This document shows, one piece after another, positions 12,981-26,146 of a DNA stretch of 64,000 bases. Within the stretch, counting starts at the first letter, position 1; every line of letters starts with the position of its first letter. Source of the stretch: Eledone cirrhosa (lineage: Eukaryota); NCBI GenBank assembly GCA_964016885.1, contig OZ024740.1, positions 275,342,001-275,406,000 on the forward strand, read 5' to 3'. Below the pieces are notes generated by a model that was given only the letters and a program-made list of their open reading frames with translations, was not told the DNA's origin and did no database searches. The translations under genes and the position numbers were made by a program.

Positions 12981-13350
12981 TTCTTCTTCTTCTTCACCCA
13001 CTTATTCCTGAGAGGGTCATGGGGGTAGAGTCCTCAAACACTCCCTCCAGGGGCTCCTGTCAGAAGCAACCATCTCCAACTGATCCAGCTGGATCACCAC
13101 ACGAGACCAGCCAAGCTCATGGATGTCATCCAATCACCTTGTTTGGGGACTGCCCCTGGGTCTCCTGCCAGTTGGTTTTGTTCCTAAAATCTGTTTAGCG
13201 ATTCCTTCCTGAGACATTCTAACTACATGCCCATAGTATTAGAGCTGTAATCTCTCAATTTGGAGAAGTAGGGGCTCTACCTGGAGTGACTCTCTTATCC
13301 CCGAGCTATGCACTCTATTGAGTAATGTTATACCAAAGACCCTTCTTCCA
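12981..13350 (-). pseudogene. 3' fragment of an older RTE-type LINE with (GAA)n tail
   Basis: EPLLLQIERLQL*YYGHVVRMSQE...KPTGRRPRG. Same family as 42385-42760 and 61400-61565. Confidence 0.75.
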
Positions 13351-13356
13351 AATACT

Positions 13357-13541
13357 TGTTTCTACTTTAGGCACAAGGCCAGCAATTACCCAGTGCATTA
13401 TTGGTACTTTATTTTATCGACCCCATAAGGATGAAAGGCAAAGTCAACCTCGGCAGGATTTGAACTCAGATCGTAAAGGGACGTAACTATGCTTGAAAGC
13501 ATGGCGTCCGACCCTCTACTGATACTGCCAATCCACCGCCA
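13357..13541 (-). mobile_element. SINE family A
   Basis: Same consensus. Confidence 0.85.
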
Positions 13542-14147
13542 CTGCAATACAAATATATAATAAATTTCCAAGCAGATCTCAATTACAAATTGTTGCAGTT
13601 TCAGCTGTCAAATCTTCAGATTGTAATGCTGAATATTCAAGAAATAAAAAAATGTAGTAAATTGTAATCCTGATCTGTTTTCAACTTTGTTTTAAATTCT
13701 TTTATTACTTATTAGGTATGAAGGAAAGGGTAATGACTTTTACCTTCCAAGGTCCTCTGAGGCAGTTGTGATTAGTGTTGTTTATGTTCTGCAGCGAAGA
13801 TGTGTGGCTTAGTGTTTAGAGCACTGGAATTACAATCAAGAGATTGTGAGTTCAATTGTGGGACCAGATGGTGCATTGTGTCCTTGAGAATGACACTTTA
13901 TTTCATATTGCTCCTGTTTATTCCACTGTAGAAATGAGTTGTGACATCACTGGGGCCATGTTGTATTGGCCATTGTCTTTCCCTTGGACAACACCAGTCG
14001 CATGGATGTTTACGCAGGTGTGGCAAGCCATATATATTCTAGACATTAGAAAAAGCAAAATGAATACATCACCTTCGAAAAAGAGAAACTCAAGAAGAAA
14101 AGAAGATCTGCTTGAGCTGTTATGGAAAATAAGAACTTAAACAGTGA

Positions 14148-14197
<50 letters not shown>

Positions 14198-14202
14198 TAT
14201 AT

Positions 14203-14531
14203 GTCAATGTGCTTGATGAGTTGAGAAAGAAACTGGGTATAAGAGGGATAAGTTGTGGTGTGCAGGAGAGAAGACTGAGATGGTATGGACATGTGATATG
14301 CATGGAGGATGACCACTGGGTAAAGAAGTGCCAAGAAATCCCAGTAGAAGGAAGACGCAGTAGAGGACGACCATGAAAAACATGGGTGGAGGTGGTGAGA
14401 GCAGACCTCAGATCACTGAAACTCACGGAGGAGATGACAAAGGACTGTGATAACTGGAGAGATGTTGTGCTGAATAGGACCCGCCCCACCCTTGCAAACG
14501 TGGACGTAAATTGATGATGATGATGATGATA
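14203..14531 (+). mobile_element. 3' fragment of another RTE subfamily
   Basis: ELRKKLGIRGISCGVQERRLRWYGHV...GRRSRGRP, a stop, then KTW. Short UTR and (GAT)n tail, set in (TA)n. Confidence 0.85.
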
Positions 14532-14547
14532 TATATATATATATATA

Positions 14548-15040
14548 TAGCCGAATTACCTGCGCCTTGCTGCGTTTCACACATTCTTTTTGTAAAAAAA
14601 TGATGATTGATTTTAAATCAGTGATATAATTTATGGAGAAAAACTCTGCATTTCAATATTACTCAATATAAAATATAATGCATGAAGAATTGGAAAACAT
14701 AATTTTTTGTAATATATCAAATCAAAATTACATTATTAAATCTTATTCTTATGTTGTTTCTTGTAAATAATTTTTCTCAAAATATCAATTCAAAACTTTT
14801 GTGAATAGGCATCATATCTTGTCATTTACCTATGGTTTAAATTTCATATAAATCGAAGGCAAAACATTTTCAGGGGTTTTGTGCCCCTGGGGAACTCTTT
14901 GATTAAAATGAAATATACTTATCCAAGTACCCTGGGCAATGTATTTTCAGATTATATATAGTTATGGGGGTCTATCTCCAAAACCATAGGAGGTGTTCGT
15001 GAACAAACAAACAGACAGGAATACAACTTTATATATATAT
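14548..15040 (+). mobile_element. Probable non-autonomous Helitron-like element
   Basis: 5' tagccgaattacctgcgccttgctgcg and 3' ggaggtgttcgtgaacaaacaaacagacag...actttatatata resemble the termini of short invertebrate Helitron/Helentron derivatives. Lies between TA tracts. Confidence 0.45.
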
Positions 15041-15095
15041 ACACACATATATATATATATATATTTATGTGTATATGTATGTATGTATATATATG

Positions 15096-15130
<35 letters not shown>

Positions 15131-15158
15131 GTATGTATATAAATATATATATGTATGT

Positions 15159-15189
<31 letters not shown>

Positions 15190-16659
15190 ATGGACAGTAA
15201 AACCCAACTGCAATTGCCTAGCATTTTCGGCTTGTATTTGGAAAGTTTTTTCAAGGGTGTACTTCCTTTATGCCCACCATGCTTCTTCCAATGCATAGAG
15301 CACTACCTTGATTTTTAGTCACATTTATCCTCTACTCTCTTCGCCATGGTTTAGTTATGATTCTTACCAACTCCATATCCTCATGCACCTCATCCAAGAT
15401 TACGACAACCCTTTTTCACCCTTACATTACTTTGTTAAATCCCATCAAACCAGTGTACACCCCACACTCTATCTTTCTTCCTTCACATCATTCCTTCACA
15501 TCATTCCATAACACTTCACTACAAATGTCTTACATCCATGACATATTTTCACACTTCCGACTGATTTGACCATCAAATGTATAACCCATACATTTTTGTC
15601 TCTATTTTTCAACTCTGTCAACCTTGAGCGAGCATGTTTATAATCAAAGCTACTCAATCATGAGTATCATATCTTATTAGAAATATTCTAAAACTACACT
15701 ATTTAGTATATCCTTCAATCTATAAAACAATGTAATATTTGAAGTTAATTCATTTGTCATTTCTAGTTGCCTACATGTAGCCTGTCTTGTAGGTTTATAC
15801 TTTGCTTTGATGGAATGGCTCTTCCAGCGCATCTCCCTTACCATCCTCTGGGGAAACGCCTTCTCCATTCTGTCTGCTGGGCTGTGGGGCAGCCAGCACG
15901 TGGGACCCCCTTTGCTCACTATATAGAGAGATGGGGAGGGTGAGAGAAATGGGGATGATGATTGTGGGAGTTCGGATCTTCCATGTTTGGGCACATTGCA
16001 CCTGTCAAGAGTGTATTTTCATACTTGTGACCACAACAACATGTCTTGTAAACCCCTTTTTTTAATATTTGTCAAAGCTTATCTTATATGTATTTAGTAT
16101 GCGGAACTGAAGTTCTTTAGACCCATGTCAGTTCAAGCTATATATCTACTTTTATCAGTTGTTCATTAAGGTCATCGAATTTGCCATTTTTATGTCCAAT
16201 TCAGCCAGCTGCCGTCACTGCTTTCATTTCTGTAGAACTTAACTTATTGTTACATTAATAATTGATTTATTACTTTTGCCACAAGGGTATGCAGAAGAGT
16301 TTCTTGTGGATCTGAAAGGTAACATGCATCAGCAATAATCATCTACTAAAACTGTCCTGTGTCCTCAGTTATCATCACTTCTTTTACAATTTTCACTCAG
16401 TGAAATATATGATTTAATGCATATAAACTGTGTGAAGCATTGGAATCTATTATGTTAAATTGTACACTCTTACAAATCCATATTGTTGTTATTGTTGCTA
16501 TGTTTTTGTTGTTGTTGATACTGTGATGATGTTGTTGTCATTATCGTTTTTTTTTTGTGTGTCATCATCGTTTCTTTGCTATCATTGTTGTCATTATCAT
16601 TGTCATTGTCGTTGTTGTTGTTGTCTTTGTACTTGTTGCTGCTGTGTTTTTGTTATTAA

Positions 16660-17125
16660 ATATTAATAATGATTTCTTGTATAGGCACAAGGCCAGTAAT
16701 TTGGGGGGAAGGAGAAAGTCGATTAAATTGAGCCCAGTGCATTACTGGTGCTTTATTTTATTGACCCCATAAGGATGAAAGGCAAAGTCAAGCTCGGCGG
16801 GATTTGAACTGAGACCATAAAGGACCGTAACTCTATGCTGCAAAGCATGTAACCCGACTCTCTACCTATACTGCCAATCCACCGCCATCATCAAATATTA
16901 ATAATGATTTCTTATATAGGCACAAGGCCAGCAATTTGGGGAGGAGTGGAAAGTCTATTAAATCGACCCCAGTGCGTGACTGGTACTTTATTTTATCGAC
17001 CCCGTAAGGATGAAAGGAAAAGTTAACCTCGGCGGGATTTGAACTCAGACCATAAAGGTGCGAAACTCTATGCTGCAAGGCATGGCGTCCGATCCTCTAC
17101 CAATACTGCCAATCCACCGCCCTCA
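16660..17125 (-). mobile_element. Two tandem SINE family A copies (long variant)
   Basis: Both carry the extra ggggtcgatttaatcgacttt segment. Separated and flanked by aatattaataat. Confidence 0.85.
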
Positions 17126-17391
17126 TCGAATATTAATAATAAGAGCAGCAGCAGTGGTAATAACAAGGGAGAGGTGATAGCGAGAGGAACTAAAATATAC
17201 TTCAGACTCTCTCTTCCTTTCTCTCCTGCTCTCCATTCAATATGAGGTTATATCTTAAGCCTACAGACATTTTACTATACATATAGTATTCAGCTGTTTA
17301 CAGCTACCTTTCATGTTGAGAATACTACAATTTTACAAAAATTCATATATATATATACATGTATATATTCATATATATATACTATATATAT

Positions 17392-18140
17392 AGAGTTATA
17401 AACTCAAACAGTCTTTTACAATTAAATAGCTCAAAGAAAGAAGTATTTCTGAGCCGTGAAATACAAGTTAATATAAATTAATATATATGATAAACACTAA
17501 TACAATCATATAAGTGTTTGTATTGCAAATAACCAAGTTAGCTAGATTGAAAAATACTAATTAGATTAATACAGTTTGCTTGTCTCGATTTAAAATAATA
17601 AATCAATAAAAACAAACCCATATTGGCAATAGCCTTGGTACTAATTGTAAAAGACAGTTTCAGTTTATAACTCTATATATATCGTATAATGGCTCCTTTT
17701 GTTGAGCTAAATATTAGTCCCATAAAAACGGCTGTTATTTCTAGCAGCACGAGTATGGGGTAGCTAGGAGCTGAGAAACCATGTGCGTCTATCAGTCCTC
17801 CTAAATATTTTGAGGTGAAACATACCAAATTTTTCTGGGTACTTGCTGATGAGAACAGAAGATGGAATTTTTCACTTTTTCAATTATCGAAACTTATTTG
17901 GGTTTTGAAGTTTAAACTTATCTACGGAACAGGTTTGGATTTTGAAATTTAAATTTGTCCAAGTACCACGACTATTGCCAATATGGGTTTGTTTTTATTG
18001 ATTTATTATTTTAAATCGAGACAGGCAAACTGTATTAATCTAATTAGTATTTTTCAATCTAGCTAACTTGGTCATTTGCAATACAAACACTTATATGATT
18101 GTATTAGTCTTTATCATATATATTAATTTATATTAACTTG
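17392..18140. mobile_element. Inverted-duplicated PLE-type non-coding element
   Basis: 17462-17641 is the reverse complement of 17962-18142. 17390-17423 is inverted at 17642-17680. TA flanks. Homologous to 30690-31645. Confidence 0.7.
17838..17967 (+). ncRNA. Extended hammerhead-like motif (long domain II, long stem III)
   Basis: ggtacttg-CTGATGA-(~70 nt)-GGAA-caggtttggattt/tg/aaatttaaatttg-TC-caagtacc. Homolog at 31326-31491. Confidence 0.55.
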
Positions 18141-18639
18141 TATATATATATATATATACATGTATATATTCATATATATATATGAAAAGATTCAGGACCC
18201 CAACGTTTGAGCAAGTGATGAAGGGCATGTATTTATGTACATAATGCTGTGAGCATGTTTTTGTGTCAATTTTTTTCAACAAAAAACAAAAATGACATTC
18301 ATTAACAACTATATCACCTATCTACCTACAAAAGAAAATTCTATTTATCTGTCTATCTATCTGTCTTTCAGTCTGTCTTGGTGCCACAACAACAAGGCTT
18401 CCAACAGTTAACTGGATTGTTATTGTTGCTATTATCTATTATAGTTGTTATTGTTTTACTGTAGTGTGAAGTAAACCATAGTGTATATGAGGATTAATAG
18501 TTCTATATTTGATTAAAAAAGAATGTAAAATGAAATACCATGATAGCTGGAGCAACAAGAAGGAGTGGGTAGACTGAAAATTATGAAGCTCAAAGAAAAC
18601 TTTGGGATTCAAGCACTAATCAGGGAATTATTAAGTTAA

Positions 18640-18848
18640 CCCTTTAGCATTTAAACCAGCCATATCTAGCCAGAATTCTGTCATCTCTTTCTGTTCAAAC
18701 CAGCTGTAACCAGCTGCTCATACTTATGTTAAGATATTGTTCTCAAAATAAATAATATCAAAATCTCGTAGATTTGATATTATGTGAGGTAAAAACCTTT
18801 ACTCTGAAAATACAATAGCAAATATAGAGTAATGTAAATAGTAAAGAG
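18640..18848. mobile_element. piggyBac-type MITE
   Basis: TTAA-ccctttagcattta ... taaatagtaaagag-TTAA. A partial second copy at 55165-55351 ends taaatgctaaaggg. Confidence 0.65.
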
Positions 18849-19465
18849 TTAAATATATTTTTACTATATGTCTTGTTGTTTTTGACAGGTGCTATGCTAG
18901 TATATATACATAAACACACACAAGCACACACACACACACACATATACCTTCACAAATGTTATAAAAATCCTTTCTTGTTTAAGAACCATTCATTAGCATT
19001 ACTTGTTATTCAACTCAGGATTTACATAGATAGAAGCCCTGTAAAACTAAATTTGTCTCTGTATTTATCCCACTTTTCAACTATTCTTTTATAAAATCTG
19101 AGTTTATATTCCTTTTTGCTGAGACACAATCTAAGGAATATAAAAAGTAATTTTTCAATAAGCAGCACTACTTTTTTTTTCTGTTGAGAAACTGGTGTTA
19201 AATTATTCTTTGAACGTGACTTTCTTCATTTAAACTAACACCATTAAGGTGTATCATTGGCCTTATTTGTTTTCTGTTTTTGAATCTAAGTGAAATACTT
19301 TACTTTTTTCTTTCACATTTTAAAAGAAAAAAATAGGAACATGCATACACATACATACAAGTACATATGAATTCATTCATAATTTCTTGTTCATGAGTGT
19401 TTATGCATATACATATATCATCACTGTCATTATGCATTCAGTTTTCCATGTTGGCATGGGTTGAA

Positions 19466-19533
<68 letters not shown>

Positions 19534-19634
19534 GCATGTATATGATATAATACATAATATTTCACTCATTTACAAATCTGTTTGCATACGTGTGTATTGG
19601 TGTGATATAAATATGCCAGGAGAGAAAATGGATG

Positions 19635-19683
<49 letters not shown>

Positions 19684-20719
19684 ACATATAATATATATAT
19701 TCACAAAGAGAGAGGGGTTGAGAGAGAGATGCATATGTGTGTTTATCTAATAATTTATTAAACCATACATGTTTTATTTTATTAATTATTACTTTTCTCC
19801 CCTTATTTACAGAAACATGTCCCAATATATTTCTTTACAAATTAAAAAAATGTTTCATATTGAACTGAATTATCAGATTTATTTATTTAGAAACAAATGC
19901 ATACATACAAAGCTATAAACATTTAACACATACATAAACATGCAAGCATGCATGTATACTATCTTACATATATATATTTACATTTTAACACTGATGAATT
20001 ATTGCTTGTAAACCAATATGTGATGCTAACATAACTATACACATACATTCGTCATGCACATACATACATTCGTGATGCACATACATACATACATATACAC
20101 ATACTTTGATGCACAGGGATGCTTACAGCTGCCTCGGATACTGATAAATTCTGCTAAATATGCACATATTAATGCTTATATAAACTTACACATTTATTCA
20201 TTCACATAGAGATGCACCCCCCCCCCCCCCCTCTCTCAAACACATGTAATCAAAACATGAAAACATGAAAACATATCTTAAATTGAAATTTATGTTTTCT
20301 ATATTTTAATAAATTAGCATGCTAATTGTATTAGGAAGTAGTGTAATAATAATAACAACAGCAGCAATAACAATAATGGTTTCTTTATTAGCCACACAGG
20401 GCTGACATTAAGCAAACATTAGAGAAAACACAGGATGATAAAAAGTGGGATTTTATGAGTAAAAAATGTTTATAACAAATAACAAAAATCAAACAAACAA
20501 AAACAAATTCTCCAATATATGAAGATCTCTGAGGGTCACTCATGGAGAAAACCCACAAAAAGCCATGAGCACTAATATCCCTAGGGCATGTGCTCACTCC
20601 CAGTTGTCCTCCTACAATTTACAGGTGCACACTCAGAGCAGGACATTTCACTCGGCCCATGCTCACCACTCTCACTTCCCTTTCAACAAACTGGTCAAAA
20701 GGTAGAATTTCCAAACAAC

Positions 20720-22197
20720 CAAGGCAACTCTGAAGAGAGGAAATCTGATGAAAAACACTAATATCATGCTAGATAAAGAAACTGAGATAAGAAAATTAAA
20801 TCAAACACAGACATACAAATACATAGGAATCAACAAACAAGGCAGGGTTCAATACACACTGATGAAAGAGAAGAACAGAAAGGAATACTATAAACAGACT
20901 AGATTACTACTTAAAACAGAACTAAATACAAAGAATAAGGTAATTGAAATCAATACTCTAACGATTCCTGTAAAAACCTACAGTTTTAATATTCTGAACT
21001 GGATATTAAAAGAACTATCACAAATTGACAGAAAAAAAGTCCAATAGGGAGTGAATTTAAAATACACCATCCAAAATCAAATGTAGAAAGAATATACCTA
21101 CCATAAACACAAGAAGGAAGGAGCCTTATGCAACTAGACAACTAGTATAAAATAACTACTGTAGGACTACCAAAATATCTAATGAATAACAAATGGAATT
21201 TTATAGAAATAGCCATGCATCATAAACAAAATGTGTTTTCTGGTTTCAAGAAAGCCAACAAATTCAAGACAGAAGGTGGATTGACATATAATTGAAAGAA
21301 AAATGAAAATAAGGAAGAAACAACATAAAGTCTAAACAGAAAACAGATCTTCAGAATTCCATGTTAAAACAATAAGAAAAACCTTTACATGGGCAATACT
21401 CAGTAAAACTGAATAGAGTGGAAGTAGACAAGCAAAACTGACTACAAAGTACTGGACAAAATGTTGAAACATCAGGATTTTTAATCACAGTACAAAATCA
21501 AAACCTCCACAACAGACACCACCAGAAGTACATGATGAAACAGAATATAGTAACTGAAGAATATATGGAAGTAGAGAAGAAACAATTAACCATATAGTCT
21601 CTGGCTGCCCAGACTTATGCAAAAAGGAATATATCCACAGATATGATACAGTTGGAATTTATATACACTGGAAGTTATGCCAACACTATGAAATAGCAGA
21701 AAAAAAGATATTACAGACACACACCAGAAAAGGTATCAGAGAATGACAAAGCAAACATTCTCTGGGATATGCCAATGAATACAGACAGAGAGATCAAAGC
21801 CAACCAACTAGATATTATATTCAAAACCACAAAGAAAAGAGAAGACTTCTAATTGATATATCAATCACCACAGATGACAATATATCTACCAAGGAAATGG
21901 ATAAACTATCCAAATATAAAGATCTGGATTTAGAAATAAGCCAAATGTGGATAATGAAAATAGAAACAGCACCGATAATAATAGGTGCTCTAGGAATGAA
22001 AAAACAACATACACAAATACATAACCAAAATCTCAGGACTCACAAATATATAATGCATACAATAAATAGCACTTTTAGGCACTGACACATATTACGAAGA
22101 GTATATTCACTGCAATAGAAACAACACTACTAGAATCCACAGTGCACATACTCAAGGTGCATAATAATGCAGTGAAAATGTGCAATAAAAACGAGAC

Positions 22198-22242
<45 letters not shown>
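20720..22242 (+). mobile_element. Decayed R4/Dong-type (restriction-like endonuclease) LINE, 3' half
   Basis: YKYIG...MKEK.RKEYY...LKTELN.KNK...INTL.IPV.TYSF, HHPKS.VERIYLP, ETINHIVSGC, ILWDMP, LSKYKDL..EI..MW...PIIIGALG. Many frameshifts. (TAA)n tail at 22198-22242. Confidence 0.85.
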
Positions 22243-22244
<2 letters not shown>

Positions 22245-22652
22245 TTTCTACTTTTGGCACAAGTCCAGTAATTACCCCAATTTTATTGACCCCGTAAGGA
22301 TGAAAGGCAAAGTTAACCTCGGTGGATTTGCACTCAGAACGTAAAGGGACATAACTCTATGCTGTAAAGCATGCTCTACCGATATTGCCATAATAATAAA
22401 GAGAGTGTTAGAAACTTGAAGGAGGAAGAATGATCCAAAAGACGTTTGATCACTGGTTATGGCTTGCTTCTTTGATATAACATCTGCCAGAGCAAAAGTA
22501 TTCTGAATGGTAATAATTGTTTCTACTTTTGGCACAAGGCCAGCAATTATCTCAGTGCATTACTGGTACTTTATTTTATTGACCCCGTAAGGATGAAAGG
22601 CAAAGTTAACCTCGGTGGGATTTGAACTCAGACCATAAAGGGTTGCTGCAAA
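22243..22652 (-). mobile_element. Two SINE family A copies
   Basis: Same consensus. The first shares the (TAA)n tract with the Dong-type LINE tail. Confidence 0.8.
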
Positions 22653-22708
22653 GACAAAGTGTCCAGTGGTATCTCAACAGCTCAATGGGGTACAGGATAT
22701 ACATTACT

Positions 22709-23047
22709 ACATCATCTTACATCATTTTTACGTCCGCTTTTCCCTGCTTGCAAGGGTGGGACAGGACTGATTCTGGCTTGATTTCTACAGCTGGATGCCC
22801 TTCCTAACACCAACCTCATTTACAGTGAGTGCTGGGTGCTTTTTTGCCGTGGCACCTCCACAACCACTTTGCAGTGGAATGATAGAGATCCCAGTCCTAT
22901 CATCTAATTTCTACAGCTGAGTAAACTGGAGCAATGTGAAATAAAGTGTCTTGATCAAGGAAACAACACATCACCCGGTCTGAGAATTGAACTCACAACC
23001 TTTCGATTGCAAGGCCAATGCTCTAACCACTAAGCCATGTGCCTCCA
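22709..23047 (-). mobile_element. SINE family B
   Basis: Near-identical to 10143-10495. Confidence 0.85.
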
Positions 23048-23333
23048 TATATATACTTTTGCAAATATGTTAACATACATTTTACATATAGACTGTTATT
23101 GAAGTTTTCATTTTCGTTGATATGTTTTCTTTTCCACTGATATGCTTACAGCTGTTACAATCTACCATGAAGATTCTCTGAGTATCATTGAAGTAAATTT
23201 CTAATAAGATTTCCAAAGATTTATCTGATATTAAGATGTTTTGTGGTTTTTTGGTTTTTTATCAGTTGTGGAGCATTATCATTTCCCCATGTATGTATGT
23301 GTGTGTGTGTACTTTTGTATACATATGTGTGTG

Positions 23334-23402
<69 letters not shown>

Positions 23403-25724
23403 ATACTTGGGGAGGGTCGGGTCATATTGTTGTAATAATATTGCCAGAAATAATAACAGAACACACTCACTGTTTGGTTGGTTTTTGCTTCTGTATCTTT
23501 TAGATGTATGTATGCATGTATATATGTATGTATGTTTATAATTGTATATATAAATATATATATATATATATATCTTAAATAAAATGCCTCATATTCATTC
23601 ATCTTCAGTGAATATACCTTTGGCCATGAGGGGTTGATTTCACCAGATGGTGTCCTATGTTCATTGGATGTTTCAATCCTGAACCATAATTCTCTCTTGT
23701 TAGTGTGTCTGCAATGCTGGTCAAATTACTACCCATTTCCTCCTGGCTTCCTGCATATATCCTCGCTTCCTGTCATTCTAATGGCAGTGAACATTCTCCA
23801 TACTGATTCACTGATTGAACCAGGAATATTCTACATCCCACCTCAGCTTGAAAAAGACATACCTGCTGTCTATTTTTCCTGCGCTCTTGGCACACTTGCT
23901 CAAAGGCATGACTACACTCTTTTTACCATGGGATTGTGGTTTCAACTTTTCCAGTCATAGAACAACATCTGGCCTAAAGGTTGTCAGGAAAACCTGGAGA
24001 AACTGCATCCTTTCATTCAGGTCAACCCTCATATCCCACAGTTGTATCATTTGTAGTGTTGGTTACCTCTGTATTTCATATTCTTGCATCTCTCTTGATC
24101 TAGATCCATCAGCACCTTATTGGGCAAATGCAGTTTTACATCCTGATAGAATGTGTGTCATAGTGCCCCTTTTTCCATAGACCTTACGTTTTTTGTCTTC
24201 CTTCATTATTCCCTTCCCTGTGCAAATATGCTAGAGTCGATAGTGTGCCATTCAGCACTAGTAAGTGGAAGAAGTTTCAGAAAGATTCTAATCTCCTTTG
24301 ATATGTCCGAATGATCTTCCTCTTTGAACAGTTCCATTTGGTCCAGGCTCCAACCCTTGATTTCCAGCCATTTTCTATGAATCAAATGGTTCATAAGGAA
24401 TAACATTTTAGATAAAATTATGAATAAGTTAATGGAATTAAAATGGTTATTAGTAATAAATAAAATAAGTATTAATAATTGTTTCTACTTTAGGCACAAG
24501 GCCAGTGCATTACTGGTACTTTATTTTATCGACCCTGTAAGGATGAAAGGCAAAGTCAAAATAATAATTAATTAATAATTAAGCATTGATATTAGTAAAT
24601 TAATAATAAATAAACCTAGGTATAGAGTCTGTCACCCTGATCCTTCCCCTTCTCTTTCTCTCCTTGCTTAATAGTCCTTGCTCTTTCCCTTCCTTTCTTT
24701 TCATTTCTGGCATTTATAGTCCTTTCTTTCAGTTTCCTATACAGTCAGACCTGCCCTTCTTTTCCCCTTCCCCTCTTTTTTCATTACTTATTTTAATTTT
24801 ATCCTTATTTAATATTTCCACTATTGTATAACCTTCGTTCTATAAATACAAGGTTATTGATCTAAACAAAAAAAACATTAGCTTACAGATGCAACATAGA
24901 TAAAACTAATTATAGTAACTGCCACGCGAAAAAAAAAAGTAAATATCAAGCCCTTTATCAAAGATACGCTCAACATATGCAAAGAAAAATATTTTTCATT
25001 TCATTCTTCTGAGTAACCACTAAATATTAATTTATCCTTAATATGATGTTTGTGTGATTGGCAGAATTGGTATATCTTTGGATAAAATGTCATTATATTC
25101 TGGCTCTTTACATTTTAAGTTCAAATCCCTCTGAGTTCAGCCTTTCATCTTTCTGGTACCAATAAAATAAAGTATCAGTCTAGTGCTGTGGTCTATTTAT
25201 TCAAATTTCCCTCCTCCTCCTCCAAAATATTGGTCTCTAAAAACAATTCATTATGTATGAATTTCATTTGATATAAATTTTATTTTGTTTATTCACATTA
25301 TTATATTAATGTCATTATCTTATAATTTTATTCAAAATTTTATTCATTATGGGCTTCATTATATTCATTTTATTCATTATTAACTATCTGAGCCTTAAGT
25401 TATTTCTGAAACTAAGTTAAGGGAAAAGAACCATCCTCTAACATAAGTGTTGCTGCTATTGTTCCAGAAAACGAAATGTGACTAAAATGTAAATTATTAT
25501 ATCACATGAGATTTTAAATTGCCAAAGACATCTTGGTATTGTTTATTGTCATAATATCTATCAACAGATGAGTGTTGGATTAACTGCAGCGTTTTCTATG
25601 AAACCCATGGTTTCTGACTGACACATAAATAAAATGTACATATATACACTTCCCATGTCCTAACACCCCACCCCTCACTCATATCTCTAGATCTACCTCT
25701 GCACTCCCCACTCACCTCCTCCCC

Positions 25725-26146
25725 ACTCCCCAGTTCACACTGTAAAGTGGTCATTTTGGTGACATGACAAAACTTTCCCAGTGCACACTGTAAAGTGGTC
25801 ATGTTGGTAACACAACAAAAAGCGCCTACTCCATGCCGTAAAGTGGTCATGTAGGTGTTATGACAAGAAGTGCCCAGTCCACACTGTAAAGTGGTCATGT
25901 TAATGACATGACAAAAAGTGCCCAGTCCACACAATAAAATGGTCATGTAGGTGTCACAACAAAAACACCTGTTACACACTCTAAATGTGGTTGGTGTTAG
26001 AAAGGGCATCTTGCTATAGAAACCAAACCAGAAACAGTTCTGTATCAGCAAGACAGTCACCTGACCTGACTTGTCTCAAATGAGACAACTCATCTAACCC
26101 AAGCTAGTGTGGAAAAGGGATGTTAAATGATGGTGATGATGATGAT
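25725..26146 (+). repeat. RTE 3'-UTR-derived ~41-bp unit array
   Basis: About 7 units of cccagtccacactgtaaagtggtcatgt.ggtg.cat.acaaaaag, then the RTE end motif and (GAT)n. Confidence 0.78.

Noticed and set aside
15677-15994. WLPHSP...MEKAF as a Tc1/mariner DDE remnant or host exon
   Set aside because: Only a weak partial motif, with no other transposase signature or clear splice context.
23630-24410. Balanced-composition stretch (also 27430-27670 and 35335-35730) as host exons
   Set aside because: Stops and frameshifts in all frames and no recognisable domain. Probably old TE debris that cannot be assigned by eye.
25725-26020. ~41-bp repeat arrays (also 12380-12720) as CRISPR arrays
   Set aside because: Eukaryotic context, no unique spacers and no cas genes. 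The units are homologous to RTE 3' UTR repeats and end in the RTE tail.
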